From the NCBI GenBank assembly GCA_938091905.1, contig CALKOM010000006.1, positions 1 through 64,000 on the forward strand: DNA of 64,000 nt, in the 5' to 3' direction. This document shows, piece by piece, positions 39,639 to 49,630 of this stretch; position 1 is the first letter of the stretch; the number at the start of each line of letters is the position of its first letter. The translations under genes were made by a program, and so were the position numbers. A model generated the notes under the pieces. It was not told the DNA's origin, made no database searches, and saw nothing but the letters and a program-made list of their open reading frames with translations. The stretch comes from an uncultured Verrucomicrobiales bacterium (lineage in GTDB: Bacteria; Verrucomicrobiota; Verrucomicrobiia; Verrucomicrobiales; DEV007).

Positions 39639-40886
39639 CTAAAGATCTTCGGGCTTCTGTAGAAGTTCACTGATCCGTGAGAGCAGCCTCCCTGCAGCTC
39701 CACCGTCGAGGACGCGATGGTCAAAGCTCAGTGTAAGTGCAGCACCGGTCACGGGAACGAAGGTATTCTTCTCGTCATCCCAGACGGGCTGCTTACTTCC
39801 ACGGCCGAGTCCTAGAACGAGGTTCTGCTCGGGCAGAGGAATGGGAGTGGCCCAGACGATGCCGAAGGTTCCGAAGTTAGTCACGGTGGCGATTCCAGTT
39901 CCCAGGGCGTCTGGCGGGAGTCGGCGGTCGCGAGCTTGGCCGACGAGGCGATCATAGATCGGGACGAGCTGGCTCAGTGGTTTTTGGTCGACATCGCGGA
40001 TGACTGGCACGAGCACACCGTCCTCGGCTTCTACGGCGAAGCCGATATCGACCGAGCCGGGGTGTACGATCTGGGAGCCGACTAATCGTCCGGCGACGGC
40101 GGTGTTTTCAGCGAGGGCGAGGGCAAGGGCGCGAATCAAGTAGAGGGCCGGACCTGCTTTCTGTTGGGCGGTGCGCCGATGATCTAACAAAGCATCTAGT
40201 ACGATCGGAGAGCCAACTGTAGCCAGGGGGCGAGACCAACTGCGTCTCATCGAATCGGCTACTGCAATCCGCATGGGGGATGCGGGCGTCATCTTATTCT
40301 GTTCGATCTCAGCGACAAAGCTTTCGAAATCTTCCACGGTGACCCGTCCGCCGGAACCGCTTCCCGCGACGCCTGCGAGATCAGACTTATTCAAGCCCAG
40401 CTCGACCATGCGTGCTTTCAGGCGGGGAGAGAGGTAACTGGCACCGGTGGCTTTCGCTGGTACTGGAAGCCCTTCGATCGTAGGCTTCACTGTTGGTTGA
40501 TCATCTTCTTGCTGCAGTTGCTCTGCATCTATCTGAGGCACTGCGTCATCTTCTACTTTGAAATGGACGCCAGCCGTATCGTCACTTTCTGCGGAGACCC
40601 GAGAATCTCCTGGATCACTAAGGCCAAGCTGATTCGCAGCGTCTGTACTGACGGTCAAGTAGCCTAACGTTGCTCCTACGGCATAGCTGACATCTTTCTC
40701 TGCGGTGACCCTGTCAATGACTCCATCGGAAGGAGTGGTCACACTCATGACTGCCTTGTTTGTTTCCACCTCCATGATCTCCTGATCTGCCGCTACGGTA
40801 TCGCCAGGTTGCACCTGGATATCGACCACAATGGCTTCTGCAATGGATTCGCCCAGCTGGGGCATGGTGATCGGGATTTGGGGCAT
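39639..40886 (-). CDS. 2-oxoacid dehydrogenase E2 (dihydrolipoamide acyltransferase)
   Basis: Lipoyl domain MPQLGESI..EVETNKA, E3-binding GSGSGGRVT..D and catalytic SFDHRVLDG. Confidence 0.92.
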   Translation of the reverse strand: MPQIPITMPQLGESIAEAIVVDIQVQPGDTVAADQEIMEVETNKAVMSVTTPSDGVIDRVTAEKDVSYAVGATLGYLTVSTDAANQLGLSDPGDSRVSAESDDTAGVHFKVEDDAVPQIDAEQLQQEDDQPTVKPTIEGLPVPAKATGASYLSPRLKARMVELGLNKSDLAGVAGSGSGGRVTVEDFESFVAEIEQNKMTPASPMRIAVADSMRRSWSRPLATVGSPIVLDALLDHRRTAQQKAGPALYLIRALALALAENTAVAGRLVGSQIVHPGSVDIGFAVEAEDGVLVPVIRDVDQKPLSQLVPIYDRLVGQARDRRLPPDALGTGIATVTNFGTFGIVWATPIPLPEQNLVLGLGRGSKQPVWDDEKNTFVPVTGAALTLSFDHRVLDGGAAGRLLSRISELLQKPEDL

Positions 40887-40956
40887 GATGAGAGGTCTCT
40901 AGCAGCGTCCGAGAATTGGCGGGATGGTCAATCATTAAGTTGCCGGAGCCAAACCA

Positions 40957-40985
40957 TTGCCAGCATGCGCTAGACGTGCCAGCAT
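40957..40985 (+). promoter_or_regulatory. sigma70-like promoter, leaderless configuration
   Basis: TTGCCA-17nt-CAGCAT-6nt-ATG(40992). Confidence 0.5.
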
Positions 40986-40991
40986 GGCGGC

Positions 40992-42218
40992 ATGTCGCGA
41001 ATTGCCCTGTTCTCGTTGCTCGTCGTCACCACGGCTGCTCAGGCTGGTCCCGCCGCTGAGTTGCGGATGGCGTTTCTAAATTGGATCAATCAGCCAGTCG
41101 CGGATCGCCCAGCGATTGGGGAGCAAACGTTTGCCAAGGCTGCTCTGACAGAGAGGCAAGCAATTAAGATCCATGAATATCTTTGGACCGATCACGTAGC
41201 CAACACCATGCAAGAACGTGCGACTGAGATGGCCAAGAAGGCGATTACGATTGGCGAACATACCTTGCGTTTTGAGTCCAAGACTTTCGGGACGAAGCCG
41301 GGCGGAGGGCACAGTCTATACATCTCGATGCATGGAGGAGGAAACACACGGGCTAAGGTAAATGACCAGCAGTGGAAGAATCAGATCAGCCTCTACAAAC
41401 CCCAGGAAGGCATTTATCTAGCACCCCGCGCTCCTTCAGATACCTGGAATCTTTGGCATCGTTCTCACATTGATCCGTTCTTTGATCGGTTGATCGAGAA
41501 TCTAGTCCTTCTTGACGACGTCGATCCTAACAAGGTATATTTTATGGGCTACTCTGCTGGTGGAGATGGGGTTTACCAACTGGCTCCTCGCATGGCTGAT
41601 CGCCTGGCGGCCGCAGCGATGATGGCGGGGCATCCTAACGAGACGACACCAGATGGGCTGCGGAATATCGGATTCACGTTGCACATGGGTGCTCAAGATG
41701 GTGCCTACAAACGCAACCAGATTGCCGCTGAGTGGAAAACGAGGCTAAACGAGCTCCATCAAGAAGATCCAGGTGGGTATGTTCATGAGGTGAAGATCCA
41801 CAAGGGGAAGGGCCATTGGATGGAGCGGGAAGATGCGGTCGCGGTGTCTTGGATGTCAAAGTTTTCGCGTGATCCACATCCTAACAAAGTGGTTTGGCTG
41901 CAAGATGATGTCACGCACACGCGTTTTTATTGGCTTTCTCTTGCTCAAGGAGATGTGAAGAAGGGGCAGCGGATTGTCGCCTCGATCAAGGGCCAAACCA
42001 TCACGATTGAGGAAGCCCGTGATTGTCCTCGCCTCACACTGCTCTTAACGGACGCTTTGGTTGACCTCGATCAAGAGGTGAAGGTGACTTACAAAGGGAA
42101 GACCTTATTTCAGGGAAAAGTCAGGCGCACGATTGCGGATCTGGCAACCCGTCTGAGTGAGAGGCTGGACCCAAAGCAGCTCTACTGGGCTGGGCTTCCT
42201 GTTGATTTGGGCGCTTGA
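40992..42218 (+). CDS. Secreted alpha/beta-hydrolase (esterase/PHB-depolymerase-like)
   Basis: Signal peptide, oxyanion MHGGG, nucleophile GYSAGG, G.QD and GKGHWM. Confidence 0.8.
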   Translation: MSRIALFSLLVVTTAAQAGPAAELRMAFLNWINQPVADRPAIGEQTFAKAALTERQAIKIHEYLWTDHVANTMQERATEMAKKAITIGEHTLRFESKTFGTKPGGGHSLYISMHGGGNTRAKVNDQQWKNQISLYKPQEGIYLAPRAPSDTWNLWHRSHIDPFFDRLIENLVLLDDVDPNKVYFMGYSAGGDGVYQLAPRMADRLAAAAMMAGHPNETTPDGLRNIGFTLHMGAQDGAYKRNQIAAEWKTRLNELHQEDPGGYVHEVKIHKGKGHWMEREDAVAVSWMSKFSRDPHPNKVVWLQDDVTHTRFYWLSLAQGDVKKGQRIVASIKGQTITIEEARDCPRLTLLLTDALVDLDQEVKVTYKGKTLFQGKVRRTIADLATRLSERLDPKQLYWAGLPVDLGA

Positions 42219-42249
42219 TCTTGCGATTACCGTTCAGCACAGTTTCCCC

Positions 42250-43545
42250 ATGAACCGATTGCTACTCGCACTTCTACTTGTTCCGCTGACGTTGAAAGCA
42301 GACTGGCCGCAATGGCGAGGTCCCGGTGGTCAGGGGCACGCTGATGGTAGGCTGCCGCTCTCGTGGAGTGAAACCAAGAATGTGGATTGGAAGATACCGA
42401 TTCCTGGGCGTGGTTGGTCGTCGCCGGTGGTCTTGGATGGGCAAGTTTGGCTGACCACAGCTTTCGAAGCAGAGAGGGATTCGGAGGAAGAGACGCCAAA
42501 CACTGGTCCTGACGGTAAGATCATCCCTACACCGATTCCCAAAGTAGATCTTCATGCCGTCTGTGTGGACATGGCTTCAGGAAAGGTGCTGCACAATGTG
42601 CAGGTCTTCTCTGTGAAAGAGCCGCAGATGATTCATAAACAGAACAGTTATGCATCACCTTCGCCTGTGATTGAGAAGGGCCGCGTCTACGTTCACTTTG
42701 GGGCCTATGGCACTGCTTGCCTTGATACCGGTACTGGCAAAGTGCTCTGGAAAAACAGCGAGCTTGTTGTTCAGCATGAGAATGGCCCTGGCAGTTGTCC
42801 TACGCTCTCGGGGAACAATCTAATCTTTCACATGGATGGCAGTGACCTACAGTACATTGTGGCGTTGGACAAAGTAACGGGAAAGATTGCCTGGAAGACT
42901 GACAGAACGGGTGAGTTGAATGACAACTATCAGCTCAAAAAGGCCTATGGCACGCCGTTGAGTGTGACGTTGGGTGGGCATGAGCAGTTGCTTTCTAATG
43001 CGGCCGATTGGCTCTATAGTTATGAGCTGGGAACGGGTAAGGAGCTTTGGAAGATGCCCTATGGTCGGCTGGGTTTTTCTAATGTGGCTCGGTTAGTTGT
43101 GGGACATGGCCTCATCTTCATGCCGACAGGGTTTTCCAAGTCGCAGATGTTTGCCGTTCGTGCAGATGGGAAAGGCGAGGCTGAGATCGAATGGACCTAC
43201 AAACGTAATGTGCCTACCGGTCCGTCCCCAATCTTGGTGGGCGATGAGTTGTACTTTGTGAGTGATCAGGGAGGGCTTGTCTCCTGTCTCGATGCGAAGA
43301 GTGGAGAGCTTGTGTGGAAAGGTCGCCTTGCGGGTGGCAACTACTGGGCCTCGCCAATCTTTGGAGATGGCAAGCTCTACTTCTTCTCCGAACAGGGAGT
43401 GACCTCAGTGCTTAAGCCAGGAAAGGCCTTCGAGAAGCTGGCCGAGAATCAGCTAGACGGCCTTATCATGGGCTCAGCGGCTGTTGCTGGCAATGCTTTC
43501 ATCATCCGGACAGACGAAGCCCTTTATCGGATCGGCGAGCGGTAA
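42250..43545 (+). CDS. PQQ-binding-like beta-propeller protein
   Basis: ADWPQWRGP, GWSSPVV, NSYASPSP and ALDK.TG..W repeats. Confidence 0.9.
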   Translation: MNRLLLALLLVPLTLKADWPQWRGPGGQGHADGRLPLSWSETKNVDWKIPIPGRGWSSPVVLDGQVWLTTAFEAERDSEEETPNTGPDGKIIPTPIPKVDLHAVCVDMASGKVLHNVQVFSVKEPQMIHKQNSYASPSPVIEKGRVYVHFGAYGTACLDTGTGKVLWKNSELVVQHENGPGSCPTLSGNNLIFHMDGSDLQYIVALDKVTGKIAWKTDRTGELNDNYQLKKAYGTPLSVTLGGHEQLLSNAADWLYSYELGTGKELWKMPYGRLGFSNVARLVVGHGLIFMPTGFSKSQMFAVRADGKGEAEIEWTYKRNVPTGPSPILVGDELYFVSDQGGLVSCLDAKSGELVWKGRLAGGNYWASPIFGDGKLYFFSEQGVTSVLKPGKAFEKLAENQLDGLIMGSAAVAGNAFIIRTDEALYRIGER

Positions 43546-43570
43546 GTTGCGATCGCGTTCAGGAGGAAGG

Positions 43571-44734
43571 TTAGCCCTCATTCCAATAGATGATCACGTT
43601 TTTCGTAGCTCGACCGGAGGCAATCAGATCGAGCTTGCCGTCGCCGTTAAGATCGGAGGCTTTGATGTCTTCGCAGGCCATGGTGTTATCGTCAATGGTG
43701 TGCGTGGTCCAGCCATCGTTCTCCCAGTGGTACATTCGAATGCCGACCTTATCTTGAGCGTTCTTGTCACGCCAGCCAGCGACGACCTGTTGACGAGACC
43801 CGGGTAGGAACTGACCGCAAACGAGACCGTGTCCTTGTTTTAGGGTGGTATCGAGCACGACGCGTGTCTTGTTAGGTTCGTAAATGACGACTTCGTTTCC
43901 ATGCAGTGGTTCGATCGCCGCGAAGGTTCGATGATCTTCAGAACCGTGGTGATTGGGATAAGGGCCCCAACGGATTTCACCAATCCCGCCAGAAGGAAGG
44001 GCTTTGCCAGGCTCGCCGATCCAGTGTTCTGTCTTCGTTGAGTTCGTGGTGTGGAGGATCTTGAGGCCTTCGGTCCCGCCCACGGCAAGTTCCGGTCCGA
44101 AGGGATCAAAGTTGTGTGTCTTGTGTAGGGACTCATCAAGCAAGGTGAGATTCCAATTGGTCGCATTCTTGATCTCGCTTTGAGGCATTCTGTAAGAAAA
44201 GATCCGCACACCATTGTCACCTTCGCCACCCTTGTTGCCGCTACCATGCAGGGGCAAGACGACTAGTTCTGGTTGACCTGTCTTTGGTAGAATCCAGTGC
44301 ATGCGGTGCACAGTGGGTTCGTTAGGAAGCCTCACGACTTTCCAGCGTTGCGTGCGATCTTCTGGCGCGATCAAGTAATGGACGGATCCGGATTCACGAC
44401 GGGAAATGGTATTGCCAGGATTCCAGTTGGCACCGACAGCGATCTCGACTTTACCGTCACCGTCCAGATCACGGGCGGCAATGCAGACGTTGTCTTTGAG
44501 CGTGAGTTTGCTTGCAATGACATGCTTGGCCCATGTGGGATTCTCGTACCAGACGATGTCGAACTGATCTGCCATAAGGATGTCGACTCTGCCATCGCCA
44601 TCCACATCTCCAATGGTGAGACCGTATCCGATCTTGATATCAGGGTCGATCGTCTCTGCACGAAATTGGGGAATTGCTGCGGAGCTCATCCCGAGTGAAC
44701 CTATGATTGTGGCAAGAAAGGGCGTCCATTTCAT
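43571..44734 (-). CDS. FG-GAP/VCBS-repeat beta-propeller, aldos-2-ulose-dehydratase-like
   Basis: GDVDGDGRVDI, DLDGDGKVEI and DLNGDGKLDL repeats. His-bearing motifs PTVHRMHW, PLHG, EPLHGNEV and GHGL. Confidence 0.8.
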   Translation of the reverse strand: MKWTPFLATIIGSLGMSSAAIPQFRAETIDPDIKIGYGLTIGDVDGDGRVDILMADQFDIVWYENPTWAKHVIASKLTLKDNVCIAARDLDGDGKVEIAVGANWNPGNTISRRESGSVHYLIAPEDRTQRWKVVRLPNEPTVHRMHWILPKTGQPELVVLPLHGSGNKGGEGDNGVRIFSYRMPQSEIKNATNWNLTLLDESLHKTHNFDPFGPELAVGGTEGLKILHTTNSTKTEHWIGEPGKALPSGGIGEIRWGPYPNHHGSEDHRTFAAIEPLHGNEVVIYEPNKTRVVLDTTLKQGHGLVCGQFLPGSRQQVVAGWRDKNAQDKVGIRMYHWENDGWTTHTIDDNTMACEDIKASDLNGDGKLDLIASGRATKNVIIYWNEG

Positions 44735-44740
44735 GCCACC

Positions 44741-44770
44741 AGGCTAACTCCGTGTCCGTGATAGCCGCAA
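44741..44770 (-). promoter_or_regulatory. sigma70-like promoter, leaderless configuration
   Basis: TTGCGG-18nt-TAGCCT-6nt-ATG(44734). Confidence 0.55.
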
Positions 44771-44796
44771 GCAGGGTGTGGGCGAAAGTGATGTTC

Positions 44797-45441
44797 CTAG
44801 GCCGAATTTTCGGAAATATCGCCGATGAGCATTCTCTCCAGGTACCTCTTGAGGTGGGCCAAGCGTGTGTGAAGGCAAGCAGTCTCGAGGAGCAGGTGGC
44901 GCTCCTCCGGCCTGTCTATGAAATGGTAGCCGATCAAATCTCCGAGCATTTCCGGATCTTCCAGCCCACAGACCTGCTCCTGAATGGGCCGGGAGGCCTC
45001 CTTGTTGTCCAAGGCCATCAGTTCCATGGCCTGTGAACGCACGTCTTCGACAAGATTGGAGATCTCGCCTGGGTCACCATTGACGGTTGTGATTGGGGTG
45101 ACGGCGGCTGTTGTGTAGGGGCGATCGGTCTGGAAATCGGTCAGGCGGATCCGCTGAAGGCCTTGAAGGAGGAGATTGGAACAACCATCTGGTTGAGCCA
45201 CGCAGGCCCGGATGAAGCCCGCCGTGGAGGCTGGATGGATCCAATCAGTGGGATCGCCTGGATCTTTAGCGTTGTTCAGCGTGCCTATGCAAAACATGCG
45301 TTCCCCTTGGAGGGCCTCTTCGAGCATCATCCGGTAACATGGCTCGAAGATGTGAAGGGGAAGCAGTCCGTGTGGAAGCAGATTGCAGCCCGATAGAGTC
45401 ATGACGGGTAGGCGTTTGGGTATGGGCGGGCGATGGAGCAT
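44797..45441 (-). CDS. LON peptidase N-terminal (substrate-binding) domain protein
   Basis: LLPHGLLPLHIFEPCYRMMLEEAL and DG.SNLLLQGLQR. No AAA+ or protease domain. Confidence 0.88.
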   Translation of the reverse strand: MLHRPPIPKRLPVMTLSGCNLLPHGLLPLHIFEPCYRMMLEEALQGERMFCIGTLNNAKDPGDPTDWIHPASTAGFIRACVAQPDGCSNLLLQGLQRIRLTDFQTDRPYTTAAVTPITTVNGDPGEISNLVEDVRSQAMELMALDNKEASRPIQEQVCGLEDPEMLGDLIGYHFIDRPEERHLLLETACLHTRLAHLKRYLERMLIGDISENSA

Positions 45442-45593
45442 GAGAGTTTTTTTTTATTAACGTTTCTCACGCTCTTTGGGACGAATCTGGGATGTCGAGC
45501 TTTTCAGGTTGCTAGGTGGGCAGAATATGATTGTATTCTCCGCCCCGGACCTAGGGTTTTTCCAAGTTTCGGTAGGACTATTTAGGCAAATAA

Positions 45594-45851
45594 ATGAGTG
45601 AATTAAGTATTAACCTTTCAGACTTCAAGGTCCACGAGACGGACACTGGGAGTTCCAGCGTGCAAATCGCCCGTCTAACGGAGCGCATCAACCACCTGAC
45701 CGATCATCTGTCCATCCACAAGAAGGACGTTTCTTCTCGGCGTGGTCTCCTCATGCTCGTGGCTCAGCGTCGTAAGTTGCTCGATTACACCAAGCGCACG
45801 GACGAGGAACGCTATAATGGCCTCCTGAAATCTTTAGAGCTCCGTCGCTAA
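45594..45851 (+). CDS. rpsO: 30S ribosomal protein S15
   Basis: [50 protein letters not shown]. Confidence 0.99.
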   Translation: MSELSINLSDFKVHETDTGSSSVQIARLTERINHLTDHLSIHKKDVSSRRGLLMLVAQRRKLLDYTKRTDEERYNGLLKSLELRR

Positions 45852-45943
45852 TTTGCGGTAACGCCCAGCTCCTCATACCGTCAATGCCTACCGCAACCCT
45901 GTCTTTTGACACCATGCGAGTAGGGTCCACGGCACCCTTTTTA

Positions 45944-45982
45944 GACTCAGCCCTGGGCCTCTCTGGTCTGGAGCTGAGTTTT
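45944..45982 (+). terminator. rpsO terminator-like hairpin
   Basis: gactcagc-cctgggcc-tctct-ggtctgga-gctgagt followed by ttt. Confidence 0.6.
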
Positions 45983-45986
45983 CCTA

Positions 45987-46096
45987 TTCCCAGAGGCGTA
46001 CCGATGTCTACTGGCAGGTAAACTCCGATTTCTGAGGGTGCAGACCCTAGGGAGATCGAAGTTTGCAGGCCGGTGGAGGTCGTTCGGTGACGGGAA
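45987..46096 (+). promoter_or_regulatory. Long irregular hairpin in the pnp 5' leader
   Basis: Nested pairings ttccc/gggaa, accga/tcggt, tctactggc/gccggtgga, aaact/agttt, cgatttct/ggagatcg and agggt-gcag-accct. Confidence 0.65.
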
Positions 46097-46131
46097 ATCA
46101 TCAACCACCCCAACTCAACGACTACCAACCT

Positions 46132-48297
46132 ATGAGTATTGAAAGCGTATCGGGCCAGATCGGCTCGGGCACCATTAAGATAGAGACCGGCAAGATGGCC
46201 AGACAGGCTGACGGCGCGGTCACCGTGCAACTCGGCGACACCATCGTCATCGTCACTGCTGTTTCTCAAACGAAGACTCGAGAGGGCCAAGACTGGTTCC
46301 CACTCAGTGTGGAATACAAGGAGAAGGCTTCTGCTGCAGGCCGTTTCCCTGGTGGCTACTTCAAGCGTGAAGGCCGCCCCACCGAGAAAGAGATTCTCAC
46401 CTGCCGGATGACGGATCGCCCACTGCGTCCGCTTTTCCCAAAGGGCTACCTATATGACACGCAGATCGTGTCTCTCCTCCTCAGTGCGGATGGCGAGAAC
46501 GATGCGGACATTCTGGGAATGAACGGGGCATCCGCTGCCCTTTGTGTGTCGGACATCCCCTTCGCTGGACCTATCGGCGCTGTCCGTGTCGGTCATGTCG
46601 ATGGCAAATTTATCGCCAACCCGACCCACGCTGAGCGTGAAGAGAGCGATCTCGATCTCGTCTATGTGGGAAATAAGACCGACGTCATCATGATCGAAGG
46701 TGCGGCAAATGAGCTCGACGAAGCTGAGTTCATCAAGGCGTTGCACTTTGCTCAAGAGAACGTCACGAAACTTGTCGTGATGCAGGAAGAGCTCGTTGCC
46801 AAGGCTGGTAAAGAGAAGCGCGAAGTCGAACTCTCGGTCGCTAAGCAAGAATTGTTAGACATCGCCTATGAAGTGGCTGGCGATCGTATCGAAGAAGCGA
46901 TCTACACCAAGGGCAAGGTTCCTCGCGGCAAAGCGGTTGAAGCGCTGCGCAAAGAAGTGACGGAAGCGATCACGGCCAAGTTCGAAGACGCCGGTGATTT
47001 CGAGATCAACCAAGCCTTTGATTTCCTTCAGAAGAAAGCGTTCCGCGTGTCCATTATGGGCACTGGTAAGCGTTGCGATGGTCGTGGCACCAACGACCTG
47101 CGTCCTCTCTCTGCTGAGGCTGACCTTATCCCACGCACGCACGGTTCAGCCTTGTTCGCTCGCGGTGAAACGCAGGCTCTCGGTTTGTGCACCTTGGCCA
47201 CGATGGATGACCAGCAGTACTACGATAACTACACCGGTGGTGTGGATTCGAAGCGCTTCTTGCTCCATTACAACTTCCCTCCATTTAGTGTCGGTGAAAC
47301 TGGCCGCATGGGTGGCATCAATCGCCGTGAGATCGGTCACGGCGCCCTCGCAGAGCGCTCTATCGAGCCTGCGCTGCCTGATCCCGAGGATTTCCCTTAC
47401 GCTATTCGTATCTCAAGCGAAGTGATGGAGTCGAACGGTTCCACCTCCATGGCCACGGTTTGTTCCGGCTCCATGGCCTTGTATGACGCGGGTGTCCCTC
47501 TCAAACGTCCTGTTGCTGGTATCTCTGTCGGACTCGTTTCGGAGAACGACGATGATGGGAACATGGTCAAGTACCACACGTTGCTCGACATCATTGGCTC
47601 CGAAGACTTCTTCGGTGACATGGACTTCAAACTTTGTGGCACGGAGAACGGTGTCACCGGTTACCAGTTGGACCTCAAGCTTCCTGGCTTGCCCATGAAC
47701 ATCCTTGAAGAGGCGATCCACCAAGCGAAAGAAGCTCGCGGCAAAGTTCTCGATGTCATGAATGAAGCGATCAGTGGCCCAGCTGAGTTGAGCCAATTCG
47801 CACCGCGCATTGAGTCGATCAAGGTGCCTCAAGATCGTATCGGTGAACTCATCGGGCCTGGCGGTAAGGTCATCCGTGGCATCCAAGCCGAAAGTGGTGC
47901 CGAGATTAACATCGAAGATGATGGGACAGTGCACATCTACGCGATCAAGCTAGAAGGCCTAGAGCGCGCTACGAAGATGATTAAGAACATCTTTGCTGAG
48001 ATCGAAGTGGGTGCCCTCTACGAAGGAAAGATTGTTTCCACGACCAAATTTGGAGCGTTCATGGCCGTCTTGCCTGGCAAGGACGGCATGATTCACATTT
48101 CTGAACTTGCGGACTTCCGCGTAAAGTCGGTGGAAGACGTGGTCAAGGTCGGCGATATGGTCACTGCCAAGTGCATCGGCGTAGACGAGAAAGGTCGCGT
48201 CAAGATGAGCCGCAAAGCCGCCATGAAAGACAAGGCGAGCGAGAGCGGCGGCGACGAACCGCCCGAAGTGGCGGACGCCGAAGAAGTCGAAGCCTAA
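46132..48297 (+). CDS. pnp: Polyribonucleotide nucleotidyltransferase
   Basis: GRFPGGYFKREGRP, RREIGHGALAER, SNGSTSMA, GDMDFK, KH (LIGPGGKVIR) and S1 (DGMIHISEL). Follows rpsO. Confidence 0.99.
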   Translation: MSIESVSGQIGSGTIKIETGKMARQADGAVTVQLGDTIVIVTAVSQTKTREGQDWFPLSVEYKEKASAAGRFPGGYFKREGRPTEKEILTCRMTDRPLRPLFPKGYLYDTQIVSLLLSADGENDADILGMNGASAALCVSDIPFAGPIGAVRVGHVDGKFIANPTHAEREESDLDLVYVGNKTDVIMIEGAANELDEAEFIKALHFAQENVTKLVVMQEELVAKAGKEKREVELSVAKQELLDIAYEVAGDRIEEAIYTKGKVPRGKAVEALRKEVTEAITAKFEDAGDFEINQAFDFLQKKAFRVSIMGTGKRCDGRGTNDLRPLSAEADLIPRTHGSALFARGETQALGLCTLATMDDQQYYDNYTGGVDSKRFLLHYNFPPFSVGETGRMGGINRREIGHGALAERSIEPALPDPEDFPYAIRISSEVMESNGSTSMATVCSGSMALYDAGVPLKRPVAGISVGLVSENDDDGNMVKYHTLLDIIGSEDFFGDMDFKLCGTENGVTGYQLDLKLPGLPMNILEEAIHQAKEARGKVLDVMNEAISGPAELSQFAPRIESIKVPQDRIGELIGPGGKVIRGIQAESGAEINIEDDGTVHIYAIKLEGLERATKMIKNIFAEIEVGALYEGKIVSTTKFGAFMAVLPGKDGMIHISELADFRVKSVEDVVKVGDMVTAKCIGVDEKGRVKMSRKAAMKDKASESGGDEPPEVADAEEVEA

Positions 48298-48347
48298 TCT
48301 GGTCTATAGCGGGACTCACCAGAGCCGTTTCGGCCCAAAAGGTCATC

Positions 48348-48375
48348 GTAGGCTCCTCAGCAATGGGGAGCCTAC
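48348..48375 (+). terminator. pnp terminator hairpin
   Basis: gtaggctcctc-agcaat-ggggagcctac followed by ttccgttt. Confidence 0.65.
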
Positions 48376-48449
48376 TTCCGTTTCCAGGGGTTCAAACTTG
48401 AAGCTCTTTCGGATCTCCGATAAATCCTCCCCATCCCAACCTTCCAATC

Positions 48450-49628
48450 ATGAAATTATCCAAACGGCTCGCCTGTTTCTCAACGCTACCTTTCCTGCTT
48501 ACTCCTGTTATAGCGGACGGCCCCTTTTACGGTGACCCGCCCGATGCAAATCATCCCTGGGGAGTCCACGATCACAATCGGCCTCAGCCGAAGATTGTCA
48601 CCCCTGGCACATGCAGTTCCCAGGAAGTACCGGGTAAGCCGCCCAGTGATGCGGTGGTGCTCTTCGATGGCACCGAAGCGACCATGAAGAATTGGGTGCC
48701 TGCTGGAAAGCCTAAGAACGATAAGCGCTGGACCCTAACGAACGGAGCCTTACAATGTACCCCGGGTGCTGGCACTGTAAAGACCACTGCGGAGTTCGGC
48801 GACTGTCAGCTACACATCGAGTGGACCGCACCCACCGAGATCAAAGGCAAGAGCCAAGGTCGGGGAAATAGTGGCGTCTTCTTTCTCGGTGGAGCCATTG
48901 AGGTTCAAGTGTTAGATAATTATAATAACCCATCCTATGCTGACGGCATGGCAGGTTCTGTCTATGGAGTGGCCCCGCCCATGGCCAACCCTCTGCGCAA
49001 GCCCGGCGAATGGCAGGCGTATGACATCATCTTTCGCCGTCCCGTTTACAAAGACGGCATGGAAGTCGATCCTGGCCGCGTCACCGTGCTAATCAATGGC
49101 GTTGTCGTGCAGGACAGTACCCCTCTTGAAGGTGGTGGCGGTCATCGCGGTCGTTCCAAATCTAGGCCATTCCCTGAGTCGGGCCCGCTTATGTTACAAG
49201 ACCACGGAAACACCACCGCTTTCCGCAACATTTGGTATCGCCCCTTGCCACCACGTGCCGTTGAAGGCGGCACCGATGGCCGTCTCACGAAAGAGGCAGC
49301 TATGGTCAAGCGTCAGGAAATTGCTGCCGATATTCGCAAAGATGCGGGAACGAAGACTGGCAAAGACCAAATGTATCGTCTATTTGAGTCTCTCTGTTAC
49401 GCGCCGCACGACGAAACCCTCGCTGCAGCAACGGCCATGAGTGCTACCTATGTGGCGGAATTGAAAAGCGCTGATAAAGATGCTTTGGAGAAGCGCAAGG
49501 GTGAGGTCATGCAAGCTCGTCAAGCCTTCAATTACCTTGTGAAACACGAGTTTGTTCCCACCAGCTTCACTGGCAAAGATGCTGTCGAAGCCATCATCGA
49601 AGCCCAAGGCTGGAACAAGAAGAAGTAG
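48450..49628 (+). CDS. DUF1080 family secreted protein with C-terminal helical extension
   Basis: PPSDAVVLFDG, FGDCQLHIEW, GRGNSGVF, EVQVLD and LQDHGN..FRNIW. Upstream TTGAAG-17-TAAATC. Confidence 0.9.
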   Translation: MKLSKRLACFSTLPFLLTPVIADGPFYGDPPDANHPWGVHDHNRPQPKIVTPGTCSSQEVPGKPPSDAVVLFDGTEATMKNWVPAGKPKNDKRWTLTNGALQCTPGAGTVKTTAEFGDCQLHIEWTAPTEIKGKSQGRGNSGVFFLGGAIEVQVLDNYNNPSYADGMAGSVYGVAPPMANPLRKPGEWQAYDIIFRRPVYKDGMEVDPGRVTVLINGVVVQDSTPLEGGGGHRGRSKSRPFPESGPLMLQDHGNTTAFRNIWYRPLPPRAVEGGTDGRLTKEAAMVKRQEIAADIRKDAGTKTGKDQMYRLFESLCYAPHDETLAAATAMSATYVAELKSADKDALEKRKGEVMQARQAFNYLVKHEFVPTSFTGKDAVEAIIEAQGWNKKK

Positions 49629-49630
49629 TC

